DNA of 64,000 nucleotides, taken from a bacterium. Its GTDB lineage: Bacteria > Myxococcota_A > Polyangia > HGW-17 > JAJRWW01. The position numbers and the translations under genes are program-made. The notes under the pieces are model-generated. The model was not told the DNA's origin and searched no databases. It worked only from the letters and a program-made list of their open reading frames with translations. The stretch is taken from contig JBDRSE010000102.1 of assembly GCA_043825095.1 (NCBI GenBank), positions 4,655 to 68,654 of the forward strand, read 5' to 3'. Below are positions 39,644 through 49,751 of this stretch, in pieces. The first letter of the stretch is position 1. Each line of letters begins with the position of its first letter.

Positions 39644-41527
39644 TTACTTGCTCGATTTTCGGAGCTCGCGTCGCAGATACCGCCGAAGCTGCGGCAGTGT
39701 GTGGTGATCCTCTGCCACGAATGTCAGCATCTGCCGCTCGCTTCGCCCCCCCAGCCTGATCAACGCCTTGGCCATGCTCGTCAGGATGTTGATCTGCGGC
39801 CCGAATTCAGGCTCTGCGCGGTAGGTCAGTAGAAACTGGCTGAAGGGCCACACGATGCGCTTGTCACCGATCTTGACCAGAGATTGAACGAGGTCCTCCA
39901 GGGCGGAGAATGGTGTCAAAGGCTCCTGGAGGTGGTCGAGAAGGGCCTTCACGGCTCGCTTCGAGCCAATGCGGCCCAGGGCGCGCGCCACGATCCCCAC
40001 GCCTTTGGGAGCGGTTCCCTTGAGGAAGTCGTATCGACCCTCAAGCGCCTTCAGGAAGATGGGCAGAGACTCTGAGCTTGCTCGCTCCACCAGCACGCTA
40101 CCCGCCACCCGGCGTACGTTCACAGGCGTCTTCGGGCTGTTCACGATTTTGAGGAGGATCTTGGAGATCCCTGCGCCCTTCACCTTGACGAGCTGAGTCA
40201 CCGCGAAAATCTTGGCGTCCTGGAACTGCAGATCCGGCTCGCGGATGACGTCCTTCAGGACGGTGAGCAACGGCGGGTTCTTGGCAAAGCTCTTCTGGGG
40301 CGGGGCGAAGGAGAATGCGTCGAACGTCGCACCGTGGGTCCGGATTTTTGTGTCCAGCTCCCAGACCCGGTCGCCATTGGTCGCGTCCAGCATCACGATC
40401 CGTCCGCCGCGTGAGATGTAGATGATCCGATCGCCGAGGTGGGCGGAGCTGATCACCTGCGTGGCCGGGTGCATGTAGGCCCACTTCAGCAGCCCCGTGG
40501 ACGCCTGGAAACCGAAAAAGTAGCGGTAATACTGCAGCGTCGCAACGTCGTTGGCAAACCCTTTCTGGTCCTTGGCGAATCGCCACAAGAGCCGGTTCCG
40601 GTCGATGGCTGTATAGGCGACCATACTGGGCTTGTAGCCGTCCCACCAATAGCGCGCCTTCACCGAGCGCTGCCGCTTGAGTGACACGGCGACAAAATCG
40701 CTGTTGAGCTTCCGGCCCGAGATGAGCGCCGGTGTGAACCGGATGGCTCCCACGCTGTCGTTGCCGAAGATGATTCCTTCAGGACCCGCGAGCGCATAAT
40801 TGATCAGAATCGGGGAGAGCCGGGTGCCGCGTTTGCGATAGGTCACGTTGTGGCGAACGTACACCCGCGCAATTTCGTTGCCCATTCGGCCGCTGAGCAC
40901 GGTGAGGTACTGGAACCGGTACGGCAGGAACACCAGGCCGTTACGCGCAGCAGGAGCACCCAGCGGACCGTTGGCCCGTTTGCGCCAGCGCACCCGACCC
41001 GTTCGACCTTCCACTGCCACAACATCCGCAAAGCGCGCGTATGCGCGCCCTCCGGACATGCTCGTCGCCGTGTAGTACAGGTCGTCCCCATCCGCGTCCA
41101 TGCCGAAGAACTCGGTGGCGTTGCCGTACTTGAACCGGTACTGCCAGGCAATCTCCCCGGTCTGCATGTGCCGAGCCATGAGGATGGTGCTGCCCTTGCG
41201 ATGGAAAATGAAGTTGCGTCCCACCACGATCTTGGACGAGCAGTCGCTGATGTTCTTGCGCCACACAACGCTGCCGGAAGTGAGGTCTACCGCGACGATG
41301 CCGCGTGGCCGGGTGGCCACGATGAAAGCCATGGGCTTGCCGAAACTGTTGCGAATGGCCGGTGTGGGTTGCGCGAGCCGGCGCGCGACGCTCCGGATGG
41401 CGCCCGGTGCGTTGCGGGGGTAGTTGATCTCAAAGGGGCGTTGCTCGCATCCCAGCAGCGCGGCGGACGTGGAGACAGTCCAGAGCGCAAGGACCAGCCG
41501 GTGGAACGTTGGATGGGTACGTCGCAT
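39644..41527 (-). CDS. PQQ-like beta-propeller plus HEAT-repeat lipoprotein
   Basis: LLGC lipobox; repeated D..TG..W blades; C-terminal ARALGRIG HEAT repeats. Confidence 0.8.
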   Translation of the reverse strand: MRRTHPTFHRLVLALWTVSTSAALLGCEQRPFEINYPRNAPGAIRSVARRLAQPTPAIRNSFGKPMAFIVATRPRGIVAVDLTSGSVVWRKNISDCSSKIVVGRNFIFHRKGSTILMARHMQTGEIAWQYRFKYGNATEFFGMDADGDDLYYTATSMSGGRAYARFADVVAVEGRTGRVRWRKRANGPLGAPAARNGLVFLPYRFQYLTVLSGRMGNEIARVYVRHNVTYRKRGTRLSPILINYALAGPEGIIFGNDSVGAIRFTPALISGRKLNSDFVAVSLKRQRSVKARYWWDGYKPSMVAYTAIDRNRLLWRFAKDQKGFANDVATLQYYRYFFGFQASTGLLKWAYMHPATQVISSAHLGDRIIYISRGGRIVMLDATNGDRVWELDTKIRTHGATFDAFSFAPPQKSFAKNPPLLTVLKDVIREPDLQFQDAKIFAVTQLVKVKGAGISKILLKIVNSPKTPVNVRRVAGSVLVERASSESLPIFLKALEGRYDFLKGTAPKGVGIVARALGRIGSKRAVKALLDHLQEPLTPFSALEDLVQSLVKIGDKRIVWPFSQFLLTYRAEPEFGPQINILTSMAKALIRLGGRSERQMLTFVAEDHHTLPQLRRYLRRELRKSSK

Positions 41528-41530
41528 CGT

Positions 41531-42370
41531 CTACTTCTCCATGAACTGGTTGGCCATGGCCACGGACTTAAGACCGGGCATCGGTGGATTCGCCGCGTAG
41601 TTTGCCAGCGCTTCCGTCGCATGCTGCCCCTTGATCTCGGCCAAGGCGCGGACGATCCATTGGCGGATGGGGTCCGGGCCGAAGCTCTTTCTGACCAGCA
41701 GTGAACGGTAGATCTTGGCGATGGTGATCTCCGGGATCTTCTTGAGGTTCATGGCCAAGTGTCGCGCGGTGGTGTAGCCGCCGATGGAGGCCAATCCAAT
41801 CCCGGGTGCGGCGGTATCGCCCCGGTCCAATAGCCGGATGAGGAGCGCCTCGAGTCGTTCGCGACGGGGAAGCACGAGCTTGCGTTTGGTACGATGGGCG
41901 ATGACCCAGGCGGCGGCCATTCGCACCTGCACGTCCCGGTCGGACAGGGCGCGAATCATGGCGCGAACGATCTTTTTGGCGAGCGTCGGTTCCGCCAGGA
42001 TGCCGAGGCCCCGAACCGCCTCACTGCGCACTTTGGCATCGCGATTTCGGGCGTAGATGACCAGCAGGTTCACGGCTCGCGAGCTCTGGTGAGTGCTTAT
42101 GGCTCTTACCAGCTCTACCGCCAGGTTCGGAGTGCAATTCGCCCGGGTCTTGCAATACTCCGTGGGCGCACCAAGCTGCAGTGTTTCCATGAGTAGATCC
42201 AGCGCCTTTGGGGTCTTGCTTCGGCCGAGTTTCTGCGCTGCCTTCACGGCGTCCTGCAGATTCCTTCCCCAGAGCGCCTTGCGCTCCCCGGCGAGTGGAT
42301 CTGCGTTCACATGGGCCGTCGAAAGCAGGGACAGAACCCCCAAACTCACTGAAAAAAGAGCGCTTTTCAT
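41531..42370 (-). CDS. exported HEAT-repeat protein
   Basis: Signal peptide; VRSEAVRGLG, ALSDRDVQVRMAAA. Confidence 0.75.
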   Translation of the reverse strand: MKSALFSVSLGVLSLLSTAHVNADPLAGERKALWGRNLQDAVKAAQKLGRSKTPKALDLLMETLQLGAPTEYCKTRANCTPNLAVELVRAISTHQSSRAVNLLVIYARNRDAKVRSEAVRGLGILAEPTLAKKIVRAMIRALSDRDVQVRMAAAWVIAHRTKRKLVLPRRERLEALLIRLLDRGDTAAPGIGLASIGGYTTARHLAMNLKKIPEITIAKIYRSLLVRKSFGPDPIRQWIVRALAEIKGQHATEALANYAANPPMPGLKSVAMANQFMEK

Positions 42371-42510
42371 AGCTGTCGCCTCCGGGCTATGCCATACAGT
42401 AGATCACGCCTAAAGTCAAGGCTGTAGACATGCGTCCCCGGTACTGTCCGAAGGCTTTAGCTGTATGTGTTCACGGGGGTGGCATTTGAATCACCTTCCG
42501 AGCGCAGCGA

Positions 42511-42666
42511 GGGTTCCCCCGGAGGGGCGGAGGGGGCGATGGAGCCGCGAAGCGGCGGATCGATCTCCGTGGGGGACGCCCGAGCATGCACCTCGCCGAA
42601 ACCAGACCGACAGATCCGCCGCTCCGCGGCTCAAGTCACCCCTCCCGTCCCCTCAAGGGGTAGCCC
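42511..42666. repeat. long imperfect palindrome (structured RNA or REP/MITE-like element)
   Basis: GAGCCGCG/CGCGGCTC and AGCGGCGGATC/GATCCGCCGCT pair perfectly; outer G-rich and C-rich arms pair with bulges. Confidence 0.75.
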
Positions 42667-42687
42667 GCCAGCGCGAGGGCGCTGTGT

Positions 42688-43281
42688 CTACCATTGCCTA
42701 TAACCGAGGTATAGGCCGTGTTCGTGGATGTATTCGAGCACCGGCGCGGGCACCAGCTTGCTGACGTCCTTTCCTTGGGCAAGTTGGGCTCGGATCTCGG
42801 TCGAGGAGACGTCCAGGGTCGGGTGGTGCGATTCCCCTGCCCCGGTGCGGTCGACGACGAAGAGCTCGGCCAGCTCCCGGATGCGATCCCAGGCATACCA
42901 GCGGCCGGTCTCAGCGAGGATGTCGGATCCGATGATGAGCGACCAGCGTGCCCCCGGTTCTCGGGAGACGAGGTGCTCCAGGGTCACCACGGTGCGGCTC
43001 AGTCCGCCGAGCTCGCGCTCCACTTCGCTGACGCGGACCCGTTTCCCGAATGGGCGAGCTGCACGTCGACACATGGCGAGGCGATCCTCGTAAGGCGCCA
43101 GCGGCTTCTCGAACGGGTGGTGCAGGCAGGGAACGAGAAGCACCTCGTCCATGCCGCCCCGGTCGAGCGCTTCAGCGCAGACGTGCTGATGCGCTACGTG
43201 GGGAGGATTGAACGAACCGCCGAACAGGCCGACGTGACGGTCGGCGTGGAGTGTCTGCGGTCCCGACAGCGGCTCAGTCAT
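42688..43281 (-). CDS. nadD: nicotinate-nucleotide adenylyltransferase
   Basis: GLFGGSFNPPHVAH, IIGSD, W..W, VSSTEIR, VLEYIHEHGLY. Confidence 0.93.
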   Translation of the reverse strand: MTEPLSGPQTLHADRHVGLFGGSFNPPHVAHQHVCAEALDRGGMDEVLLVPCLHHPFEKPLAPYEDRLAMCRRAARPFGKRVRVSEVERELGGLSRTVVTLEHLVSREPGARWSLIIGSDILAETGRWYAWDRIRELAELFVVDRTGAGESHHPTLDVSSTEIRAQLAQGKDVSKLVPAPVLEYIHEHGLYLGYRQW

Positions 43282-43379
43282 TGAATCAGGATATCCCCAT
43301 TCGCGCCGAATTCCATCCGCTATGTGCCCGCGATTGGTTGCGAACCCCATCGAAGACTCGACCAACCCCTAAGGACGGT

Positions 43380-44570
43380 TCAATCGTAGAGCAGGTGCGC
43401 TGTGCGCGCGGCGCGGAAGGCGTCCTCTTCCGCCTGCCATGTGGATTGGAGCGCGTCCAGGGGGGCTCCGGCCTCGATACGTTGTCGCAGCTCAGCGTTC
43501 CCTGCGAGCAGGTCGAAGGCGGGGACGTCGTCCACGAACTCGTACGCCCGAGTCCGCCACTCGAGCTTGTCGGGGTAGAGCCGCCTCACCGTCGCCACGA
43601 TCGCCACGCCGGTGAGATAGGGGCGGAACGTCTCGCGGTGAGTCACATGGACCTGCACACCGCCGCAGTCGCGCCCAGCGTGTTTCTGAAACTGCGGGCG
43701 AAACCACGCCGGGCGAAACCGCACGCCAGGGAGCGCGAGCTCGTCCAGGGTGGAGGCAAGTCGATACGGGTCGATGTAGGGCGCTCCGACAAGCTCGAAG
43801 GGGCGCGTCGTGCCTCGGCCTTCGCTCAGCTCGGTCCCCTCGATGAGGCACAGCCCTGGGTACACGAATGCGGTGTCCAACGTCGGCATGTTTGGAGAGG
43901 GCATCACCCAAGGTAGACCGCACTGCTCAAACGTAAATCGCCGCTTCCACCCGCGGAGCTCGACGATCTCGAGGGGGCAGTCCAGGTTTCGCTCTTTATG
44001 TGCGAATCGTGCGAGCTCGCCAAGCGTCATCCCGTGACGGTTGGGTACGCTGTAGAGCCCGACGAAGGATTCGAATCCGGGCCGGACGTCGCCCCCCTCC
44101 ACCGCCAGGCCGCCCAGGGGGTTCGGACGGTCGCACACCACCACGGGGAGTCCGATTTCCGAAGCCGTTTCCAGGCAGTACAGGACGGTCCACACATACG
44201 TATAGTACCGACTGCCGATGTCCTGGAGATCGCACACGAGCACGTCGAGCCCCTGCAGGTGAGACCTTTTCGGCCGCAGGGTGTCCGGTGCCGACCCGTA
44301 GAGACTCACCACCTCCACGCCGGTGTGGGGATCCCGGGACTTGTCCACTGCAATCATGTCCTGCGCGACCCCGCGAACGCCGTGCTCCGGTCCCAACAGT
44401 CGCACCAGGTCGCAGCCTCTGTCCGTGTGCAGCAGATCCGCGGCATGGCGCAGCGCTCGATCCACGGAGACGGGATTGCACAGCAGACCGACGCGGCGGC
44501 CCCGGATCAGGTGGTGGGCATCGTCGAGCAGTCGCTCGAGGCCGGTGCGGACGACGGGATTCACTGTCAT
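43380..44570 (-). CDS. DUF1343 / exo-beta-N-acetylmuramidase NamZ family protein
   Basis: GPEHG, SLYG, DLQDIGSRYYTY, DRPNPLGG, HGMTLGELA, PSPNMP, SEGRGTTRPFE. Confidence 0.93.
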   Translation of the reverse strand: MTVNPVVRTGLERLLDDAHHLIRGRRVGLLCNPVSVDRALRHAADLLHTDRGCDLVRLLGPEHGVRGVAQDMIAVDKSRDPHTGVEVVSLYGSAPDTLRPKRSHLQGLDVLVCDLQDIGSRYYTYVWTVLYCLETASEIGLPVVVCDRPNPLGGLAVEGGDVRPGFESFVGLYSVPNRHGMTLGELARFAHKERNLDCPLEIVELRGWKRRFTFEQCGLPWVMPSPNMPTLDTAFVYPGLCLIEGTELSEGRGTTRPFELVGAPYIDPYRLASTLDELALPGVRFRPAWFRPQFQKHAGRDCGGVQVHVTHRETFRPYLTGVAIVATVRRLYPDKLEWRTRAYEFVDDVPAFDLLAGNAELRQRIEAGAPLDALQSTWQAEEDAFRAARTAHLLYD

Positions 44571-44604
44571 TGGGAGCCTGGGATCCGGACTCGGGAGGGG
44601 GGCG

Positions 44605-46500
44605 CTACGCGATAGGATAGGGTTGAAGGACGACCCCCTCCTCACCGGGAACCACGGAGAAGCGAACTTCCCCGCACTTGAGACGCGCACAGATCATACG
44701 CTCGTTGACTTCGAGCTTCTTCTGGAGCGCTTCGACGTTCATGCCGGTGGTGTCCTCGCCCAACCCCTTCATGGCGTCGAGGTACTCTTGGAAGATCCGC
44801 TTGAAATAGGTCGGGCGGTCCTCGTCCAGTCGGGGGATGAGCTGCGAATCACCAGGGCGATAGGCGCGGTCAGGGAGTGGCCCCAGGCTGAAGAGCATCC
44901 GCGGTCCGCCACTGCCGCCTTCGCCCTGTTCCTCGTCCTCCTCACCGGGCTCCGGGCGGCCCAACAGCTGCGCCATGAGCACGTTGAGAGAGTATGCGAG
45001 TCCTTCTGTCTCCGCCGAAGGTACGCCGAAGGTGTGCTCCATGTTCCCGGCGACGATGTCCGCGACACCCTTCTCGAGCTCGTCGATGGGCAGGATGAAG
45101 TACCGCCTGATCAACAAGCCCACCACGATGAATCCCAGCGCCACGATCGCGCCGAAGATGATGATCATCATCATCCCGAAGCCGAAGGGCTGTTTGGCCT
45201 TTTCGATGGAGGCAAGCACGACAAAGGAGTAGGAGTCCTGGTTGCCGGACCGCGGGAACTTGGCGGCGGCCGCCAGGTAGGTTTCTTCGCCGATCATTAG
45301 GGATTTGATCTTCGGCTTATCCCACTGCAGCGGGCCGAAGTTGGTCTGCGGGACGGACGAGAGCAGCTTGCCGGACACCCGCTTCAAGGAGGTCGTGCTG
45401 AGCTGGTTTCCGCTCAGGAACGCGACCTCGGCGCCCGAGAGCTCACCCATGTGGTTCTGCTGCACGTTGCAAAACCAGGCCACGATCACGACGCCCACGA
45501 GCTTGTTCTCCTGGTTCAGCACGGGGCCGAAACCGACGCGGAGGATCTCCGGTCCCTGGGCCGCCGCGCCGGACTTTGCCGAAGGGGCAGAGCTCTCCAA
45601 AATCTTCGACTTCGGCCACACCTCGGTAGTGGCCTGCAGCTGCGCGCGCGCCTCGTACAGCGCCTTCGACTGGGGCGCGAGCTGCTGTCCCACGAACAGC
45701 TTGTTGGTGCTCCAGTCGCTCCGCATCATGAGCACGCCTCGCATGTCCAGCAGCCCGACGAAGGCCCCCTTGATGCCTTGCTTGGACTTGAGCTCCTCGG
45801 GCAGACGTTGGGTGAAGAGCGCTTCGATGTTCTGTTTCAGGGGCATGAGGTCTTTGATGATCGGGACGATGTTCACCCTGTCCCGGAAGGCGATGGCCTT
45901 GGACTTGAGCTCCTCGGCGTCGGACCTGCCTTTCCACGCGAGCAGCACGACCATGAGGACGCGCTTCTTGGAGCCCAGCAGGGGAACGGCGACGGTGGTC
46001 AGCGGCGCGTTCAGAACTCCGTTCAGCTTGAGCTTCCCAAAGGCCACCGGAGCCTCGCCGCGCTTGACGCTGTCCACGTAGGGCTCCGACACGCGCAGGT
46101 TCGTCGCGTAGTCCGTGGGTGTGCCGGCCTTTGTGACCGTGCTGTTGAGCTGGGACCAGATGATGATGTTCGACCGGTCGAGCACCGCCATGAAGTCGGG
46201 CGACCATCCCTCGCCCAAGGTGGCTGCGTTTTGCGCGAGCTCCCCGGCCACGGTGGTCTGGTACTTTTCGAGTCGGTCGAAAATGCTGGACGCTAGATTG
46301 GCGTAGTGAGCGGCGTGCGCCTTGGCCGCCTGCGCATCGAGATCCATCACGGTCCGCACGGCGTAAAACGCGCTGGTTACCCGGGCGCGAGAGGCGCTGT
46401 CCGCCTTTTTCGATCCGTCGCCGGATACGAGGGCGTACACGCCGAACGTGAGGCCGAGAACTACGACTGCTGCGGCAATTCCGAGTCTTCCTTTGAGCAT
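44605..46500 (-). CDS. MXAN_5187-like membrane protein (periplasmic domain, HAMP, conserved C-terminal domain)
   Basis: Two TM helices, HAMP-like PIDELEKGV, C-terminal IFQEYLDA..LGE...VRFSV. Confidence 0.7.
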   Translation of the reverse strand: MLKGRLGIAAAVVVLGLTFGVYALVSGDGSKKADSASRARVTSAFYAVRTVMDLDAQAAKAHAAHYANLASSIFDRLEKYQTTVAGELAQNAATLGEGWSPDFMAVLDRSNIIIWSQLNSTVTKAGTPTDYATNLRVSEPYVDSVKRGEAPVAFGKLKLNGVLNAPLTTVAVPLLGSKKRVLMVVLLAWKGRSDAEELKSKAIAFRDRVNIVPIIKDLMPLKQNIEALFTQRLPEELKSKQGIKGAFVGLLDMRGVLMMRSDWSTNKLFVGQQLAPQSKALYEARAQLQATTEVWPKSKILESSAPSAKSGAAAQGPEILRVGFGPVLNQENKLVGVVIVAWFCNVQQNHMGELSGAEVAFLSGNQLSTTSLKRVSGKLLSSVPQTNFGPLQWDKPKIKSLMIGEETYLAAAAKFPRSGNQDSYSFVVLASIEKAKQPFGFGMMMIIIFGAIVALGFIVVGLLIRRYFILPIDELEKGVADIVAGNMEHTFGVPSAETEGLAYSLNVLMAQLLGRPEPGEEDEEQGEGGSGGPRMLFSLGPLPDRAYRPGDSQLIPRLDEDRPTYFKRIFQEYLDAMKGLGEDTTGMNVEALQKKLEVNERMICARLKCGEVRFSVVPGEEGVVLQPYPIA

Positions 46501-46564
46501 GTGCTTGGCTCCCCAGTGAGGGTATGAATCGTCGGCGACGATTATCCATCGAAAAGCAGGATAG

Positions 46565-49500
46565 TCAAGGAAAATAGCGATCTTGCTGAGATCGACTCCC
46601 TGCCGTGAGAATCCCCAAACCGGACCGGAACGCCAGCTCGTGCAGGGACAACAATCTGAGCAGCTTCACCCTCACCGCTCCGACGTCTAGGTCCTCAGCC
46701 CCTGGTAGCAGCTTTGCCGCCGACAGAAACAGGAATGAAAGGCCGCGATGGGGAGTGGACGCCAGAAGCAGTCCCATCAAGCGGAACGTCGACGCGCTCC
46801 GTGGGCCGGTCGCGGCGATGCGCAGACGCGCGAGCAAACGCTGCTGCGGGTGGGAAAGCGGCAGCTCCGTCGACGCGCGCAGTCTGTCGTGGGCTGCCAG
46901 GGCGCGCCGAAGGGGCGCGGCGACCCGGAGCGGATCCCGCAGAAGCCGGACCAGGCGTCGCCTGGCGATCCCGCCAGAGTGGGAGGTGGGGAGGCGCCTC
47001 AGCTCCCGCTCCGCGGCGCTCAGATCACCGAGCTTCAGGAAGGCGTCGACGAGCTGGAGCGACAGGGAGGCCTCGTCCCCGGCCCGCACATTCTTGACGA
47101 GCCGGGACACTGGAGTCGCCCCTCGGCCGAGCCAATCGACGATTTTCTTGTGCGAATGCTTGCGGTAGTTGATGAGATCCTTGGGCGCGGAGAACTCAAC
47201 GCGGGCGTTGTCGTCAGTGTTGAGCGGGACGCCACGCGTTCGTTTTCGGACCTGCGCGTCGTTCGCCAGGTGTCGGGCGAGCAGATCTCCGGGATTTTCG
47301 ACTCGGATCCGAGCCAGCTCCGACCGCATGGAGGGGGGCGCCATCCGTCGGGCAATACGGCGAACGTCCAGCGACACGGGGTTGTTGGTCGCGACGAGCA
47401 GCAGGTCCACCTTGGCGTGCCGGGGCCGGAAGATGGTGACGTTCGGAAATACTGAGCGCAGCGTGCCGACGAGGCACGCAACGTTTTCGCGAGAAATCTC
47501 GTAGAGCTGGAGCCACTGGATGAAAACGCCGTCCGGCCGGAGACGTGACCGGATGAGCTGGAAGAACTCGCGCGTGAACAGGCTCGCCGCTCCCGTCATC
47601 CAGGGGTTGGACGGCTCCGAGACGATGATGTCGTAGGGCTGCTTCACCGCGATTAAGTAGTTGCGACCGTCGGCCTCGACGAGCCTCACCTCGGCGCGCC
47701 GGGAGGCGCGGTGGTTGTACCGAGAGAACACCCGCGCGGCGCGCAGCACCTCCGGCTCGAGCTCCACGGCGTCGATGTGGCGCAGGCCGGTCACTGCCAT
47801 GCTGCCCACCGTGACACCGGACCCCCAGCCGATGACCAGCGCCCGCTGGGGCGCGCCCTGCCCGCCAAAGAGCAGCTGGCCGAGCAGCCCGCTGAGCACC
47901 TGGGTCTCCATGTCGCTTCGGGGAGACACCCGGGCGGGGACGATCCGTTCCGGATGACCCAGCAAGTCCTGGCAACGGCCCTGCTTCGGGCGCCGAAACG
48001 CCGCCGAAGCCGAGGCGTCGGACTTCCCGTTGACCTGCAGCGCGAGCACCTCCCAGCAGGTCTGCGGCTCAAATCCCTCCAAGATGACCTGCCAGGTGGA
48101 AACCGTGGCGACAACGCCCTCTCGGAAGCTGAGCAGGCGCCGGCCGACCACCTGATCGCAAGCGGTTTCGATGTCGGGGCGGAACCCAACCAACCGCTGC
48201 GCTCGAATCACATGCGCGCGCCCCGGCCCGGTCTCGAACAGCCGTGACAGCGGATCCTGGGGCCCGGGACAGGCGGCGATCGCCCGACTGGGATCGAAGA
48301 GTGACAGCCGGAACACGCCCGCGGTCATGCGGTGGGGCTGCCAGCGTCGGAGGCCGATGGCGGCCACGGCGCCCAGTACGAGTCCGATGGCGACGACGCG
48401 CAGGAGCCGGTCGCGGCGACCGATTCGCGCCACGGCGGTGAACACTCCGGCGAGGGCGAGGTTCACGAGGATCATCGCAACCATGGTCCGCTGCACACCC
48501 AGCGCGGGGATCAGCGCGAAGCCACCCAGGAACGAGCCGACGATTGCCCCAAGGGTGTTGACGGAGTAGACCCGGCCCACCGTGCGCCCCACACCAGTCA
48601 TGGATTCCGCGCACACGGCGATCGTGGCCGGAAAAATCATCCCCAGGAAGAATGTCGGCAGGAGCACAACCAGGGCGCACACCGCGAACTTGAGCCCGAA
48701 GACGTTCGATGGGGTGATGGCCGTCTGACGCGTGAGCGCAACGAACAGCGCGGGGAGGCGGTCCATGAAGGCCGTACCCACAAGCACCGTAAGCGCGATG
48801 ATGACGTGGATGACCGCAAGATTCGCAAGCTGCCCCGGAAGGTGGGCGGTGCGCCGGGCGTAGACGGCGCCGCCGAGGGCGAGCCCCAGCAGAAACGCCA
48901 TGAGGATCAGCGCGAAGGCGTAGACCGACGAGCCCACCACCAGGGCGAGCACCCTCGTCCAGGCCTGCTGGTAGACCATGGATGCCACGCCCGATACAGC
49001 CACGGCGACGAGGGCGACCCAGACGGTGCGACTCCAGGGACCTGTCCGTTCCCCGTCCGCGTCCGGGGGCGGCCCCACGGTCGGCTGCTCCTCGCGGAGG
49101 TAGACCAGCCTCGCCAGCCCAATGGCGGCGATCCCGAGCAGGAGGTTGAGGGAGCAGGCGGTGCGATTCGTTGCGGTCAAACCCAGTGACGGCATGAGCA
49201 CGAACCCCGCCAGGAAGGTCCCGCTCACCGCGCCGAACACATTGACGGCGTAGAGCGTGCCCACTTCCTTACCGAGCCCTTCCCGTTGGGCGTAGTAGCG
49301 ACTGAGGATGGGGAGCGTGGCGCCCATGGCCGTGGTCGGGACGATGAGCACTGCCGAGACGATCACGAATCGGATGAGGGCGAAGGCGTAGGGCCCCGGC
49401 TCCCAGTGCGCCCAGATCGCACCGTGGAGCTCGTGCAGGCTGCCCAGCAGGGACGGGAAGAACAGCGCATAGCCGGCGACGACGAGCTCCAGCAGTCCGT

Positions 49501-49738
49501 ACAGGAGCAGTGACGTGGACGGCCGCCGGAGTCGGTCAGCGATCCTCCCCGACAGGTACCCACCCAGGGCGAGCCCGCCCATGAACGCTGTCAACACCGT
49601 CGAGAGCGCGAACGTGGTCGCCCCGAAGGTGGTGGTCAGGAGCCGCATCCACAGCGTCTCGAAGATCAGGCCGGACGCCCCTGACAGCAGAAACAGCACC
49701 ACGACGGTGGGACGAACCAGCCGCATTTGAAGGCTCAC
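46565..49738 (-). CDS. fused MFS-like membrane domain / spermidine synthase-like methyltransferase
   Basis: SGASGLIFETLW, MGATLP, YAVNVFGA, LQVNGK, VIGWGSGVT, DGRNYL, YDIIVSEPSNPW; start GTG 49738 (or ATG 49726). Confidence 0.9.
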   Translation of the reverse strand: MSLQMRLVRPTVVVLFLLSGASGLIFETLWMRLLTTTFGATTFALSTVLTAFMGGLALGGYLSGRIADRLRRPSTSLLLYGLLELVVAGYALFFPSLLGSLHELHGAIWAHWEPGPYAFALIRFVIVSAVLIVPTTAMGATLPILSRYYAQREGLGKEVGTLYAVNVFGAVSGTFLAGFVLMPSLGLTATNRTACSLNLLLGIAAIGLARLVYLREEQPTVGPPPDADGERTGPWSRTVWVALVAVAVSGVASMVYQQAWTRVLALVVGSSVYAFALILMAFLLGLALGGAVYARRTAHLPGQLANLAVIHVIIALTVLVGTAFMDRLPALFVALTRQTAITPSNVFGLKFAVCALVVLLPTFFLGMIFPATIAVCAESMTGVGRTVGRVYSVNTLGAIVGSFLGGFALIPALGVQRTMVAMILVNLALAGVFTAVARIGRRDRLLRVVAIGLVLGAVAAIGLRRWQPHRMTAGVFRLSLFDPSRAIAACPGPQDPLSRLFETGPGRAHVIRAQRLVGFRPDIETACDQVVGRRLLSFREGVVATVSTWQVILEGFEPQTCWEVLALQVNGKSDASASAAFRRPKQGRCQDLLGHPERIVPARVSPRSDMETQVLSGLLGQLLFGGQGAPQRALVIGWGSGVTVGSMAVTGLRHIDAVELEPEVLRAARVFSRYNHRASRRAEVRLVEADGRNYLIAVKQPYDIIVSEPSNPWMTGAASLFTREFFQLIRSRLRPDGVFIQWLQLYEISRENVACLVGTLRSVFPNVTIFRPRHAKVDLLLVATNNPVSLDVRRIARRMAPPSMRSELARIRVENPGDLLARHLANDAQVRKRTRGVPLNTDDNARVEFSAPKDLINYRKHSHKKIVDWLGRGATPVSRLVKNVRAGDEASLSLQLVDAFLKLGDLSAAERELRRLPTSHSGGIARRRLVRLLRDPLRVAAPLRRALAAHDRLRASTELPLSHPQQRLLARLRIAATGPRSASTFRLMGLLLASTPHRGLSFLFLSAAKLLPGAEDLDVGAVRVKLLRLLSLHELAFRSGLGILTAGSRSQQDRYFP

Positions 49739-49751
49739 GTGTGCATCCTGC

